Positions 40,641-55,780 are shown, counted from the whole stretch's first letter. The stretch: DNA of 63,645 nucleotides, filler included, from Choristocarpus tenellus KU-1152 (GCA_964200185.2; 9 parts of 9 records of this genome joined end to end with filler, not necessarily neighbours in it), one strand, 5' to 3'. Notes: generated by a model not told the origin, from the letters alone. A program made the numbers and translations.

Positions 40641-43600
40641 CATCAGTTGTTTTGAGGGTTGGGAGGAAATTTTGATTGCAATGAGATTATCTTCCGTACA
40701 ACAAAAATGATTCTTCACAACCACTATATGGATAATGTTGTTGTTCACGTTACTGCAGGTCATCCAAATTCTTCCTCGACTATTGTGAAGGTATAGAGTT
40801 AATTTCCTCAACTATGGGGCACTCTGTTTGCATCTCTCTCTCTCCTTCTCAGAAGTTTTCAAACTAAGAATTTGTCTAACACAAAAGCTGTCTGCATCAC
40901 CAAGAGGTCGGATCATATGGGATGTTAATTCGTGATAATCACTCAAGTTATTGCTCCAGCACACCTACCAACAAGGGAGTTTTTTTTTTACTGGCTTCCC
41001 TATAAAGAGCTATATCATTGGAGAGGTAGGCAGGCTTGCACTCTTCTGCATTCTGAGCCATCTTCGTTACCCTGTGCAACATACTCCTCTATTTCATTAC
41101 TTTATGAGCACAGTGGTGTACCCAAAATTGATATTTCTCCCATATCCACATACAAAGTGACAACACAATTTAGCAAAGGTTATTTCTCCAATCGTCGAAA
41201 ATGGCATATTTTTGCCCTTTCAGTATCCTTAAAACGCAACCCTGCCTACCTCTCAATTTGTTTGGCTCTGAAACCGAACACAGCATACTAGAAGGTCACA
41301 TGCGAGAAACAATTTCCTGGGGGTAGATGTTGGACTGGTGCTGACATTCAGTATTAATCAAGCCCCTCTTGAGGTGGGAAACTTCAATATAGACATGAAT
41401 GAGACCAGACAATAGCACTAAGGGTCTTCTCTCCCCTGAGGAAAAAAAGCTGAAGTTTTGCTAGTAGTCTCTCTACTCTTGCTGCCACCTAGTGGGACCT
41501 AGAAGAATGGCCATTCTCACATCTCACATGTCGTTTCTGTCTGAGTCCCACTCAATTGCTACGTCTTGAAGCTGATTCCAGTTCCCCTATGATCTCATGT
41601 CATGACATATACTGCAGTAACGTTCCCAGAACTATGTTCTTGTTGATATTTTGTTGCAATTTACTTCGTGATCTGTATATTTTTCTGGCATAAAGATGTT
41701 TTCAGAGAGAGAATGGGTGACAAAGTACAAAGAGGATTATATGGAAACGGAGGCTGGTCTGTTGAATATGTGGGGGATGAGCAATTATTCCAGATGTTGA
41801 TGTTTGGGGAACCTGCAAGGTAGGAGACAGGGACAGGTTGACAGGACAAGCACTGGTGGGAGTATTGTAAGATGATATCTAAATCATCAGATCTCCATCA
41901 CAGGGTGGCACACAAGATGACACTGACACTGACAAAACAGATATATGCCCTTGATTTACTAAGGAGAGTTCATAGGTAATTGGCATACCAAAGAAGTTGT
42001 GATGGCTGGAGTCCATCGTTTCAAAGCAGTGCTCACTAATAGTACTAACTGTTAAGTGATTTTTTTCAAAGTCATTACAGTTTCGTTGGTGATCAGTGAT
42101 AAGTGTTCGACTGGATGGGAGGAATGGATGCGACCCTGAATTTCGTTTTCTGGTAGGAACCTCTTTGGTAATGCTTGACGGGGTGGATGGTGCGAAGTTC
42201 TCTACTGCATGCCAACAAGTAGGGTCTTTGTCTTTCCTGATCCCCCCTATCTTGTTTTGTGTTTCTCTTTAGATATTCCTTTTTTTCTCTCCCTCTTTTC
42301 GTTTTGTTTTCATGTCTTCTCTTGTGTTTCATGTTTGTAGTGTTGTAAACCGTAAATAGTAGGTCAATTTTAAGCCTAGTTTTCGACTGGATATTTCCAC
42401 TCAAACGTGTGCTGCATGCTCTGCGCACAGAGCTCGGTGCTCGGTACGTTTCAATTCATGCATTGCACACACGCCTTGACTACAATCACTAATTTCGAAA
42501 ATAGTCTAGCCGATTTAAGCTACACTCACTCATAGACCTCTAAATGATTCATTAAGCACTCAAATCACCGCACTCGCTCATTGCTTCTCCTCTGTCCTTG
42601 CTGGTACTGCTATTCTGCTTTTAAATTTACATTTCCCCTTATCGTGTCAACAATAGATTTTGCCATCAGTCTGGAACCCCCCAAACTACTAAGGTAAAGA
42701 TGGTGGAAAATGATAACAATGACAACGTCGAAGGTGGAGAATCTGAGCCTGAAAGTTAACAATGAATGTCAAAAGACAACTCGTCAACATTCAGAGCACT
42801 CCACACATTTGTTTCCTAAACCTCTCAACAGCCAACCAAAACGATCTAAGTCACCTAACATACCCTGTGAGTTCTATGTATATCAGCATTCCAATGATAA
42901 AGGTTTCGCATCATGAGAGGTATTTATTTTGTAAGGATGGACTTCAGCAAGTTTTCCCAACCTGGCTGCACTGAAGGTGGAATTTAAATAGGCAAAATAA
43001 GCTCATTCCCTAGACCCACTTGTTTAAAACCTGAAGGCATACCTCATCCCAAGTCAAACCCTTCCGTTCTTCATATGGAGTAGCCTAATCCGGTTAACCT
43101 ACCTCCCCTAGTACCAGTATACAATTAGGGTAGATCTCATGGTCCAGTCGTTAATAAATCACTCCTTTGTGTTTGTTCATAGGTGCAAAAATAAATCTCC
43201 CCGGCACAACAAATTCATTTCCAACATGACATACTTACCCTAAGTCCCTCAGTTTCTCACGACTTCTGAAGCAAATGAAACGCAGAAGGAACTAACTCAC
43301 AAAAATTCAAAAAAATGTCAGCTATGCGTACAGAGTAAAGGGGGAAGTCTCCTAAGATATTATCGGTAAAATGTCAAAACGGGCAAAAAAAAGGTTTAAA
43401 ATTACGTAAATGACCTAAACAAAACCCTTGGGGGCTACTTTTAAGCATGAGGACACTGCCCAAACAAGGGGAGTCTCCTAATTATTGTCTACCGTTCCAC
43501 ACTGGCAAGCACATAGGAAGCGTAAAAAAAGGGATCAAGATCAAAAGACGCTAAATCAAAAGGTAAAAAGACAACTTGAGACTTGACACTGACAAACAAG

Positions 43601-44026
43601 GCATGAGGAAAGGCACATCTCATGAGGTTGAGACATACACACAACAAACACTTACTGTCATAAAAAGCAAAAAATAAAGCACAGTTGCAATTACCAACTG
43701 GGATGTGCCACAAGCACCATTTCTTATACCAACTTTTTAACCGATTCAAAATGAGGGAAAGCGCAAGTGGAAACCCTGTTGCTTGTGTTACTCATAACTC
43801 ACTAATGACAATCCCATTTCTTATACAAGGAGTCTGACCGACAGCAATTCCTCCAGTTAAAATACACTTTAGTGTGAACTGCAAGTGCACACTAGTTCAA
43901 TCTTACTTGTGTTACACAGACCACCTGTCACCCTACATAAGAAATTGGTGCCCATAACGTTCTAAGCTCTGAGTACATGGAATCCAACCTCACAAATAAG
44001 TTCCACACATGGGCTACAGGATCAGA

Positions 44027-46509
44027 TCAGGCCCATGTATTCTCCTGGAGCATTAAGGAAACCTTTGAGAAAGGAGGGCGTGCCTCTTGTTCCTTCCAGC
44101 ATTCCAGCATCAGCTTCCTGTGAGCATCATCCATAATCCCATTAGAAAATAAACAACGTAAATCTTTCAGATACTGCCTGTTAATGTATTTTGTAGTCTG
44201 CATAACAATAAAATACAGTAATAGTGAGTAAGAGGCAGAGCGCTGGAAAATAATGAGCTGACATGCACAGAGATGTATGTTTAACAAGAAAAGGCTCTGC
44301 TCCTCTTGAACTTAACCTAGCAAAACACGCAGAGCAACAAGGTCAACAGCTTAAGAAGGTATGTAGCACTGATAAACAGCATTACAGGTCAATGAGATTG
44401 AGGACAATGCCGGTCATAGAGACAATTTGATGACAAGGTGGACAGAAAATGTGCAACCCCATTACAGGCTCCACAACACACATAGCGTTTACATCACAAG
44501 TGCAATCAATTGCAACCTGGGCTGTGACTTGTCAGAGGGACAAGAGCATAAAAGCAACAAATCCATTGTAAGATCGGCCCGCCACCCGTATCATATTCTC
44601 CACTAACTTGGCCCCAGGCGCAACCCATTCTGCACCACTTCATATTTTCTTCCTTCTTTATACAGTACTAGTATCCAATTCTACATTATGCCTTTTCCTC
44701 TACCTTCTCTATTCAGCATCAGTTCAAACAGTTCAAGGTGCAGAAAAACTACCTCACTGGGAAGAAATTTCTTGAAACTTCTCAGAAGGTGGCGTAGAAC
44801 GTGTACACTAAGTCGGAGAGCACCGAGATATTAGGACAACCTCACCATGAGTTTTGCAAGGCCCCGACAAAAATACCAAAAACCAACCTTTCAAACTGAT
44901 GCCAAACAGAGAAAGTGTGTAAATATTATATCACGCTATATTTGATCATTTCATTGAATATAAACACCCGCAAAACTAACAGGGATAGTTCATGCCATGA
45001 ATTTTGTCAAGATTATGCTTGACCATTTGTGAGAATATGATTTGAAGTATTATTTTATGTACGCACAGAAGATAATGCAGAACATTCGGGATATTTAGGC
45101 GGGGTATTTGACCAGAAGTAATCGGCGGACTATTAGAGTCAGAGTGTTTCTGACATGTACTAGAGATACGTTGAGTCATTTGGTATTCTGAGTCATTAAG
45201 TGTAAGGACTAGTGAGCCCCACCTAGTGAAGGTATCTCACTCTCTTCTCAACTGTGGTACAAGTTAATAAACAATAATATAACTAGTTGTGTGGGACAAC
45301 AGATCGTCAAGGACAGCTTAACAAATTTATTCAAACTAAAGCCCAGTTAACAATCATAGCAATTATTATTATTGTTTTGTTGTACTTCTCTAGTATATTT
45401 GAAGAATAACTACCATGAAGATCACCAGTCAAACAACCCAAGAACAACAAACAGCAAACAATCAAATAACATTATTGGTGGGGATGGGGATGAGAGACAA
45501 GATAAGAATGCTCCACGAAAAGCCAGCACATAACAAGAACATCTTACGTGGCTCCAAAGGGGCACCCCACAGGAATGGACAGCTGAGCACCAGCCATCAC
45601 CCTCCGCATGACCTCATCTGTCGGATAGTCTTGCCATGGACGATTCCCCTCCCCGCACATCACCTCCCACACAATGACTCCAAAGCTGCTCCACATTCAC
45701 AATAGCATCAATTGCAGTACCACATATATTGGAATTACAGTGAAAACAGCAGCAAAATGGATAATACAAAGTCAGTGACAAAAAACTGGAAATGTACATC
45801 CAATTTGCTCCAATGTAACACAGGAGGTTATTCTGTCAGCCCACAGTATCTATAATGCCTTTTGTGCCGATTCCATACTCTTCAATCCTGGCATATTTTC
45901 TCCACAGTCTCATAGCTATCAGCGCAGATTCACTTATCCGTAAAATACTATGTGTATTCCCTGCAACCGTGCTCCACTTTTCCCAACCCGCCAAAACACA
46001 ATAGACAAGCTCCTCAACATAGGCACCCAAAACGTTTCACAATTCCAAATTTTCCGGCAGAAGGGGTCAGCCATGCACAGACTCCCTGGTTGGTTGCTAT
46101 TGGGAAATTGGAACCCAAACAATGGAAGCCTTTTTGATCATACACAGGGTGTGAGGACCACACAGCATCAACGCCTTGAAGACAGACCTCCCTCACCTGT
46201 ACACATCAGACTTCTCAGTGAAGACGCCAAGCTCAACCCCACCAGACCTGAGCAGCTCAGGAGCCTTCCAGTACAACGTGCCCCCATGGAAGCTGGTATT
46301 GGTAGCACTGCTGGAGATTGCATCCCTTGTCTTAGACATACCAAAGTCAGCAACCTTTCTCACGAGAGATGGGGTTGGTGAGCAGGGAGGTTGGTCAGTC
46401 GGGGAGGCTAAAGTCACTGAGATGATCACACTCCTGACACATATTACTCCAACCTCTCTGATCCTATCATCAGGACAATTTGGCAAAATCATCATGCATG
46501 AGAAGTTCT

Positions 46510-46543
<34 letters not shown>

Positions 46544-49500
46544 AATTGTAACATGCATACCACTGACGAGTGAAATTTCAAAACGAATCAAAGTATCTTA
46601 GAGGGTAGAGCCGCGTCCATTTGGGGATCAGAATTTAATGTTCCGGTTTTGATGTAATTTTGGCTGTCGTTTTTGTTAAGAAGTGCCAATATCCTTGATT
46701 CGGACACACCCTTTCGTAACGTATACATTTCGCCTACTCCGAAACATATCGGAAAATGGCATAAGACACCTGTTGGAAGTCAAGCCCCAAATGGACAAAC
46801 ATGACAAAAATCGTACCCTCTAAGATACTTTCACACAACCTGTGTGTGCTCAAAGGGTATACTCTGCTGGTATAATCAACAGGAGGTACTTCATCTGAGT
46901 AGGTCAATTACATCCCCTCTCCCTTTTCTTGCCCTCTCCCACACATACACCAAGACTTAATACCAATACCTTGGTCATTGTCCAAGTAAATGTAACAATC
47001 TTCTATCCAAATCAATAACTAACTTTCCAAGTGCTCCTGAAACAGATGCAAACAAAGCTCACATTCGCGTGGGGTGCTGATTTTGAAAAAAATAAGAAAT
47101 GGACACCTAACTACCTATGGAGAGGTTGACGGGCCAGTATGAGGTGTATTGTTCATAGTGTAAGATGAATTCATCACTCTGAGTGAAAGTATCTTAGAGG
47201 GTACGAGTTTTCCCTGTTTATCCATATGGGGCTTGGCTTCCCACGGGGTTTTAATGACATGTTACCTACTCCGAAACATTTCGGAGTAGGTAAAACGTAT
47301 ACATTATGAAGAGGTGTGACCGAAACAAAGATACTAACATCTCCTAACAAACACGATAGCCCAAATTACACCAAAATTGCAACACTGGATTTTGCCCCTC
47401 AAATGGACGCGACTCTACCCTCTAAGACACTTTGACTCACTGCCATCCGTTTCTTTAACTGACCAAACCTCAACCTCATTCACATCCCAGCAGGGAGGGT
47501 CAGTTTCACCTTGGCATGCCAATCATGGGTGATCAAAACGTTGAGGCTCTTGAGGTCACGATGCTGCACATTATGCTGGTATAGGTAGCACTCTGCAGCC
47601 GCTATGTCCCTGAGGATGGAGTGCTTGATTGTGCCAGTCAGCTTTGTTCGTTCATTAGGATCCTTGACAATCACACCGACACCGAAACAAATGAGAGGAG
47701 AAAAGTGGGTTAAATGGTACAAACAGTGACTTCAAGTGCCACCATCAACTCAAAAGGCGATGAGAATCAATTACAAAAATGTGACATTAGTACCACCTGA
47801 GAAGTGCTTGTGATGATGCCATGGTCAAGGGTTAGGAATATCATATGAGAAGCATCATATGCGGAGGGAAAAGAGCCAATATGTGTCACATCCAGGCAGT
47901 CAATCAGATATCTTCAACCCGCCACATCCAGCCAATCAGACACCTCCCTCCCACATCCTACGCCTCTGGTCTTCACAATTTGGTACTGTAGTAGAACAGG
48001 ATGTATTTCCACACACAAAGCATGTACATATGTATGCACATATCAGTTCACCACCTTAGCTCGACAATCAAGCCTAGCAATCATTTAGAATCTAAGGACA
48101 AAAGAAAAACACTCTTACAAATAAAGTATAACATGCTAATAAGTAATCCAATAAATCTGTGCAAAGCACCATCCACATAGAAAACTAAATCAATCACCTC
48201 CAGTACAGAATAGAGACTCCCTCGTTCGACGTACTCCATGACCAACCCCAACTCCTCAGAGCTAGTGAAAGCTCCATGCACCTTCACCACATATGGGCTA
48301 TGCATCTTGGACATGATATCCAGCTCCTGTTCAACGCCATAGATATCAGCATGGGTATGGAAGATTGTCCAAGGGGTTGGATGATGTACACTAGGGTGAG
48401 GCTGGTGGTAGGTAGCCTATGCTGTGGTGACTACAACACTTATACAGTAACAATAGCAAAAAACAAGACAGAAAACACAGGAGTCAATCTTGATGATTCA
48501 TTTATATCTAGATATAGAGGTCAGCAACAACAAAAATATCGCAATCATACTTGGAACAGCATTTGAAGTGTACTCATTTAAAAAATAATGTCTATGAAAT
48601 ATTTCAAAAAATTGTAATTCATAGACACTCGCAGTATTTCTAAATACACATGCACACACGCATACACATTTTCCTCCACCAACCACTGTTGTATGTCCTG
48701 TGCTCCCATAGATTTTTCCCTTCTACTGTTTGCAAGCTTGCCACATCAAATCAACTGGCAATCCTATACAACCAAGAAATTCTTGAAATCAAGTGCACTA
48801 CAAAGGAGAACCAAAACAGAGATAAGAACATGACCACCATAGGCAGTCAAAGAACAGACAAAAACAGATAGAACAGGGCGTTCTGCAGCATCTTTGCCGA
48901 ACGTCCACAGGGTGGCACCTTCACAAATCGCTCAAAGATCTTGTCGAGCTGTGATTTACTGGTGATGCCCAGGCTCTTGATGCTAGTTACCTGCCACAGC
49001 CCAGCACAGCAAAAGCACACTCAGTAGGGGAAACAGCAAGAGTTACATAATCAAAGTCATGATAGTTTAGATACCACTGCACCACCAGAAGAAGAGGTCA
49101 CACGTTCAAATCCAAAACAGATGGCTTTCCCGATATTCTTACCAGCGAGAGGATACAAGGACTGTCTCTCTTTATGACAGTTAGAAGAAAACAATCTCAC
49201 TGCAAGCAGCAGGGGTACAGCAAACGAACTCAACAGGAAAAGCGAAGATTGAGAAGGCCGCTTGGTAAGAGCCCTCAACTGGAGAGGTGACACGATAAAC
49301 TGTGGAGTAACAAGGGTGGCACCCAGGCCCCCGATTTTTTAGAGACAATGACATACCAAACTGCACCACCATGGCACTTCCCGTAGAGGCACATTTGACT
49401 GCCCCCAGCAGCACAGTGAATTTTGAAAATCTCAACAATCAGTAGTCATAGTAATACAACCTATGTCTATCCGGTAAGATAAGACACAATTTGGTCCTTT

Positions 49501-52500
49501 GTTAACACAGTGAATGTTTGGGTCAACATGTAGGTAGTGTGACCCCCATGCTGCACCTTGTGAGCAGGAGGCTTGTGGTCTTCATAGAGGAGGTACTTTT
49601 GGCTGTCCTTGCAAATGAAAACACTCCTCATCCGCATCCACAAGGTCTTCAAAATTGTGGAAGCACTGTAAGCCTCAAGGTTTATCAGTGATCCAGCATG
49701 CTTCCCACCTGACTAATTTATACTTGCACTTATCAGTAAGCAACGTCCTTAAGGAAGCTGATTCGCCCTCATACCAAGCTTCATTATGTTGTCATGCAGA
49801 GTGAACCACAGGATACCTTGCTAGGGTGAACTGCTTTAAGTGTTTCTTTTATGTTGATCTTTTCGTGGACAAAACTATAGTTGTTCGGGTTGACACATTT
49901 AGGCCAGAATTCCCCTTCCATTGCATACTAATAGTGGCATCCATAACACCAGCGTCTTTTTTGAGCCTTGTAGACCTTCAATACCCATCAGGTCACAATG
50001 GTGAAACTGTATTTTTAAAATCATCCAAGGGAGTGAGATATAATATAGGACGTTCGAATCCTGATCATAGTAACAGACATGAATAGAAACAGCTTGAGGA
50101 AAATACAAATGAACAAGGAAAAAACAGTTACCAAACAAGACATCCCCAGAGAGCGCATTCGCTCGGATCCTGTCAAAGGATAAGTAATTGCACTAGACTT
50201 TAAAAACTACATGCTTAGTTTGTCGTATTGCTTTCACAAACAAATAACTGCAGCATAAAACTACTAACAACCATGTCAAACATTAGTTAGTACATGAATA
50301 GGAGTAGTGTGAAAAATGAAAGACAAGTGAAACCGTCCCTGTAGCGATGGACATATTTATGGGTTTCTAACGTGACACATATTCATGTACATGTGGGAGT
50401 GGGAGGAAAGTCAGACATAGCAGTAGTTGTCTGTCTGTTCTCACATGTGCAACACCAGATCAAACGTACTTGCCCAATGAAAGAAAGTGTAACCATCTTG
50501 TTGAAAAAATCACTCCATTTCATAATTGAATAAACAACAGATAAAAAGAGGAAACCTTTTACTTCCTTTTACTTCTCGGCATGATGCATATGTGCACATG
50601 ACAACCCTTACTCATCAAAAATTTAATCCAGACTACCGTAATAATATAAATTATGAACGACCAAAAGCTCCTCCATTTACCCAACTATATGTGTATGCAT
50701 GTCCCCGTCCCTTGACTCTATTGCCGTTGTTTTGTCAATTGTCATTCATAGTAGTAGAGGAGGATGAGCGATCATCCACCTCTACTCAGACTCAAATTAT
50801 CAATCCTTCTCTAGGGAGACTAGGCGCACTCAGCACCATACCACTGCATTCCAAGTAATGGTGCTCAAGGACTATAAACCCCAGTGTGGTGAGCGAGCGC
50901 CTTCGCACACACAAAACCTCCTTTATAGTCCAAGTTTGTATGACAAAATTCTGATTTAGTTATCCAATATCCTACCTCATCCCATCCAACTCCCGTTTTC
51001 CCCCAGCAAACCAACGTGATACCCGTGTGCCCCTCGCCACACCTCTGAAGTTCTGCACCTTACCCTCTAGTTAACCTCATGCCCTCACTATAATGTACTA
51101 CATACGCTTACTGTAAATTGGTGGTGATAATAGCACCACAATACAAATCTTTGCATAAAAGATGGTTCTTTGTCATGCTTTTTCAATATTTGCTTTTGCA
51201 CCTCACTTCCGCTACGGTGCCCTAAGAGGACTGACGTGTAGCTTGGGCAAAAGATGGAAAAGAGTCAATCCTTTTGGGATCAAAATGGTCAAGAGTTGTG
51301 ATCAGTGCCTCCTACAGCATCTGCTTGGACTCCACTTCAAGTCTCTGGTCAGGGGATAGCATAGCACGTTTTGGACTAGGCTCACTGAGGTGTCAGGTTT
51401 GTGCCAGTAGATGCCATCGATCAACTTGGCTGAAGAAATCATCTATTGTACACAATTGACAACATTGTCTTGAACCAGATATGCAGCAGATAGGTGTCTA
51501 TTATCCACTTGCATGTATCGTATGGCTTTATTCGGTGCTGAGATCATTTTCAATCATGTGCAGGAGTAGAGGTCTCTTCTCCAGGCACCATACTTCACTT
51601 GTAGAGCAATGGAGATAGTGCTGTGCAGCGTGAAACAAAGCTTCGGTACAGAGCAAAATGTGGGTGCAAATGCACAGAGACCCGTTAACTGTACCAGTGG
51701 AGGGCAATGTTTCACCTGTCGAATTTAGCACCCTTAGAAATCGCCTTGGAAGTGTACACAGGGTCCATGTTTTATATTGAAGATGAGCTGAATAGAATGT
51801 GGTGCCTATGGTACTGGATGTTGATGCAGGTGAGAGGAAAGATGTGTGGGAGCGGAGGAGTCAGCTGAGTCCACATGCCTGGAAAGATGTCACCCTAGAG
51901 ATGAGACTATATTACCTCGGATTTTACCTTACCTTGTTCGGAAGAGGTGCTGCATATAACAGTAGGTGTTTATCAATCCCATGGGACTGGTTGGGGGTGT
52001 TGGGGCATCGAGAACAATGTACAGACACGGAGGTAGCTGTGATCTTAACATGACCAGGAGCCTGACTACATACTTGGGCAAGGGGGCGCCACCAGTGACC
52101 CAATTGATTTCCCGTCATACCATCTTTCTAGTTTTGTTTTTTTATGTATTTCTTGGGCACTTTTTGGAAAAAGAGGATGATTACAGTTTCATCTATACCA
52201 CACACCCTTTTGGTTTAAGAACACTACCAGTGCATCTACAGGTGTATGTTAGTGTGCTACATCAGCTTGAATAAAATAATAGAGGAACAATTTTTAATAG
52301 GCAACATTCAACTGATGGTATGCCATGTAATCTTGCCCCGCAACCTGTGACCCATTCTCTAAACTCAATATCACAACATACCACGGCTGGAAGAAAACAA
52401 ACAAATAAAAAATATCAGGGGGTTGCCAGTAGGTATTGCAATATAAAGTACACCACCGATGTGGAGGTATGGTGCTGATAGTAGAAGATTAATCGATCAT

Positions 52501-52674
52501 GTATTCACCAGCTTCTTTCTCAGCCATACCATGAGCAACAACTCCATTTCTATATCTGCTTCCCCGAGATATATATACATATTGCTTGAGCTAGTTGTTT
52601 GAAGACAGTTAGGGGGTTTAACTCATTCTCACCTTCGCAGCACGAACCTCTTCATTGTGGACAACTCGATACAC
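44027..52674 (-). CDS. Tyrosine-kinase-like (TKL) Ser/Thr protein kinase, 5'-partial. Exons 52674-52633, 48990-48919, 48326-48198, 47662-47510, 46354-46197, 45685-45548, 44117-44027
   Basis: VYRV..VRAAK / ..FVK / ELDIM..LVMEY..GSL / HRDLKSLNVLI / VADFGMSK..GTLYWKAPE..KSDVY / SFGVIVWE / LMLECW..RPPF; all phases compatible; Gly-loop exon not found. Confidence 0.93.
46585..46836. mobile_element. MITE, long (~250 bp) family, 3-bp TSD AAC, in a kinase intron
   Basis: gaatcaaagtatcttagagggta ... taccctctaagatactttcacac; AAC on both flanks. Confidence 0.9.
47181..47438. mobile_element. MITE, long family, inverted copy; partial copies at 35362-35507, ~36430-36595, ~38990-39130
   Basis: gagtgaaagtatcttagagggta ... 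taccctctaagacactttgactc; flanks TCT/ACT. Confidence 0.88.
49100..49800 (-). mobile_element. Old DD39D-type mariner remnant (second family) in a kinase intron
   Basis: FEDLVDADEECFHL (cf. VHVDEKWFYL) followed by KYLLYEDHKPPAHKVQHGGH (cf. P.R.VQHK.H). Confidence 0.55.
51200..51800 (-). mobile_element. Possible RTE-like LINE remnant
   Basis: Weak: SEVWCL (cf. LLYGSE.W.L) with faint downstream resemblance. Confidence 0.3.
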
Positions 52675-55442
52675 CTGTGGAAAAAGAAGCAGCAGAGAAC
52701 AAGATGGATATGGACGTCATGTGTACCACACTTCTTGACAGCCTAGTGCTCAACTAAAGGATTTCCCTAGAACATCAATCAACATCAACCTGAAATCAGC
52801 GTTATCCGTTTCATGTTGGGGGCAATTTCACTCCATGATATCTTTTGTCTAGCACAAGGTTTCACATAATGTCTGTAGTCAGATAACCTTCGGCACAATT
52901 TCCTCTCTTGCTGAGGACGTCTAGTTCCTTTTACTCCATTCCTATTTAGGAAAGAGGCACACTCCCCTACCGTACCTTCTTCACACAGTTTGATCTTTTG
53001 AAGCAGAGGTAGCAAAAAATGGGAAAAAAAATGGGAATAGAAGTTTTTTTTTTAATTACTACACAGTACGTATGTTGTATTCGCTTATAGCACCCTTATC
53101 AATAAAAATATCTAGCCCATTTGCAATATAACATGTGCTGTCCATCAAACCCTTGAGCCCTTTTGTTCCATAACTTCCGTTGTCCTGGACAATAAATGAG
53201 TTCATCTGCTCTATGATGTCTATTGTTCAGATAATGCCTTGCCGTGTACTGGTGTAGCTTATGGTGTTGGGTTGTATTGTGCAAGAGTTACATTTGCCAA
53301 GGTGTCAAATGAAAACAATTAACAAACACTATTTTGAGAAAATAGTTTGGAGGGGAGATACAATACAAAGGTGACATTGTTGAATCAACAGAGTATGGGC
53401 TATTAGTAGAAATTTTGCAAGATAGAAGGCTGAGGACATTTGTTACTTCCATCAGATACCCCCCCCTCCCCTTCTAACCGTAGTACAACCACACAGCTAA
53501 ACATTGTTGAGAGGATGCCTAGCCTGGAAGGAGATTTGGTTTATTTATTAGTGACTGGCAGTGCCCTGGCTTGCGAAGCTTCCATTTGTTTAGAATTTCC
53601 CATAAGCCAATTTGAATATCAAAGCCATGCACCCCACAGTTTCGCATGTACACTTTGCTTGACCACTTGCATACTGGCTTTGCAAGTAAGGCATTCAACC
53701 CTTCAGACACAGCGCCGAGCTCACCCTGTCCTCTCAGTGCTGCTGAAGCAACATGGCTACTAGTTGGTACAGCTTCTGCTCACCCCTTTCCTCCTTTTGT
53801 TGCTGGGGGATAGTGACTGCTAGCTGGCGGAGCAGCTCCTCTTTTCCCCAGACACAGCAATTTCCTGCGTTTTGTCCAGTTGTTACTGGAGGATTTTGTG
53901 TGGCTGCTATGTGGCTAATCTTCTCCTCCTCCTCTCCGCCCCCAGCATACACCTTCCAGATTCACCTCTGAACACACTGCCCCGTTGTTTCTTTCCTCCT
54001 GGCAATACTGGAGCACAGTGGTCACTAAGTGTAGAAGTTTCCCTATTCTTCCCCCTCCTGACACAGTCCTCAACTGTTACTCACGTAGAGGGTGTGAGGG
54101 TCCCCCTGTACTGCATCTTGATTGTGGGATGTTGGTAGTAACCCACTCAAGTTGTTGCAAGTGAGACACATGGACGCTCAACAGCATAGTCGCATTATGT
54201 TTGCCCAAGTGAGTGCAATTTGGTAGACATGTAATTTTCTGTTCAAAAGTATAAAGAAATGATTGTAAAGCGAGGTGACCACACTCCCTCACAGTGCGAG
54301 AGGCACTGGGGACCACGACTGAGAACAAAGTGGTGTACTGTGCAGACTGCTAACAAATGTTGGTCGCTGAGGACACTGAGTGCAAACCAAGTCAAACATT
54401 CCTGAGGTACCATTGCCTGCTCAATATGTAGGACTGGGTGCAAGCAAAGCTATCTACTCTGTCATGTAATTTAGGGCACGGCAACAACCACAACAACTAC
54501 CTCCCCAATCAGCCATGTCCATTTTAGGGGGAGTCCCTATAGTCAATCTTCTAGAAAGAGCACGGAAAACAGCAAACAGCAAACGGTGCGCTTCTTCTTA
54601 CCCCAAAAGAGGCATTCTTTGTTCATTTAATTGCTACGCTCTACGTTTAAAGGATATTATACCAACAACTTCAAAAAGACATAAAAGGACACAAAGCAGC
54701 AGATGGCTGTAGATATTGCAACCATCGCCATACTGCCCCCCATTCCTTCGATCTCCGTGTATCTCAATAGGAGATAGTAAAAGAAGGAAAAAAAAATGTA
54801 TGCTTTCATCAGAACGCCTTACACCTGCAGGATTTTGAAGAGATCATGCAGCTCGCCATAATGTCATTAACGGGACAAGGTTTGACCACCGCATCTGCCT
54901 TTACATTTCCTCACATTGGTATGGGGACTATCCCTTTCCGTGGTCAGAGACACTACGCACATCACTACTTGTCATACTACCTACCACAGTAATTGCTACA
55001 CTAGCGCTAATTGCACTACAACAATTCATGTCTTGCTTCTGATGCTTTAGGATCAGCCATTCCACCGCTTGTCACTCCAACTCCGTGTCTTGGACCTGTG
55101 CACATATTGCTTGGCGATGAAGACTCATCACATCATTCTTGGTCCGGTTTCATAGGGTTAAGCAACTGCTTGAGTGCTTGAGTAATACACACAATCCTCG
55201 GTGCTTGCAATTGGACTCTGGAAAATAAAAACCAGATATCCATCGGAAGAAGTCTGCGTCATTGGGGTTTGAACCCGCAAATATTCATTCAGAGAACAGC
55301 CTCCATCAGAGAGAAAGCGACTGGGACTGCATATCTATCCATTCATGGACAGATTTTGAGAAGGGTTTCTAAGATTGCATGACTAAAAAACATTCCACAA
55401 AACAGCAACCAGCACCCTATACCAACACTAGAACACAGATAA

Positions 55443-55680
55443 GTTTCAAAACACTTCAGAGTAACAGGGCTTTTTGTTGCTCTTAAGACAAGCATCGTAA
55501 AGGAAAATGTGACAATACATGGTTTCAAAACACTTCAGAGTAACAGGGCTTTTTGTTGCTCTTAAGACAAGCATCGTAAAGGAAAATGTGACAATACATG
55601 GTTTCAAAACACTTCAGAGTAACAGGGCTTTTTGTTGCTCTTACGACAAGCATTGTAAAGGAAAATGTGTCAATACATGG
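55443..55680. repeat. Tandem repeat, 79-bp unit x3, near-identical
   Basis: gtttcaaaacacttcagagtaacaggg..caatacatg starts at 55443, 55522 and 55601. Confidence 0.97.
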
Positions 55681-55780
55681 TGGCCACAACGGAGGAAATA
55701 ATTTCAAGTGCCAGTGCTGAGAATCAAAAGATAAACTGTATGACTGAATGTTAAACCGGTTAAGAAAATGTTCCAATGTA

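Noticed and set aside
52785-53190. Candidate kinase Gly-loop exons (ISWSEI.. and DNGSYGT) and a pseudokinase hypothesis
   Set aside because: Neither has a phase-compatible donor; the real exon may lie upstream or off-contig, and the Lys, Glu, HRD, DFG and APE motifs are intact
55255-55330. tRNA gene (minus-strand GGTTCAAACCC B-box)
   Set aside because: No acceptor or anticodon arm; at most a decayed SINE head
55443-55680. CRISPR-like array
   Set aside because: Whole 79-bp units repeat with no unique spacers; no cas genes; eukaryotic context
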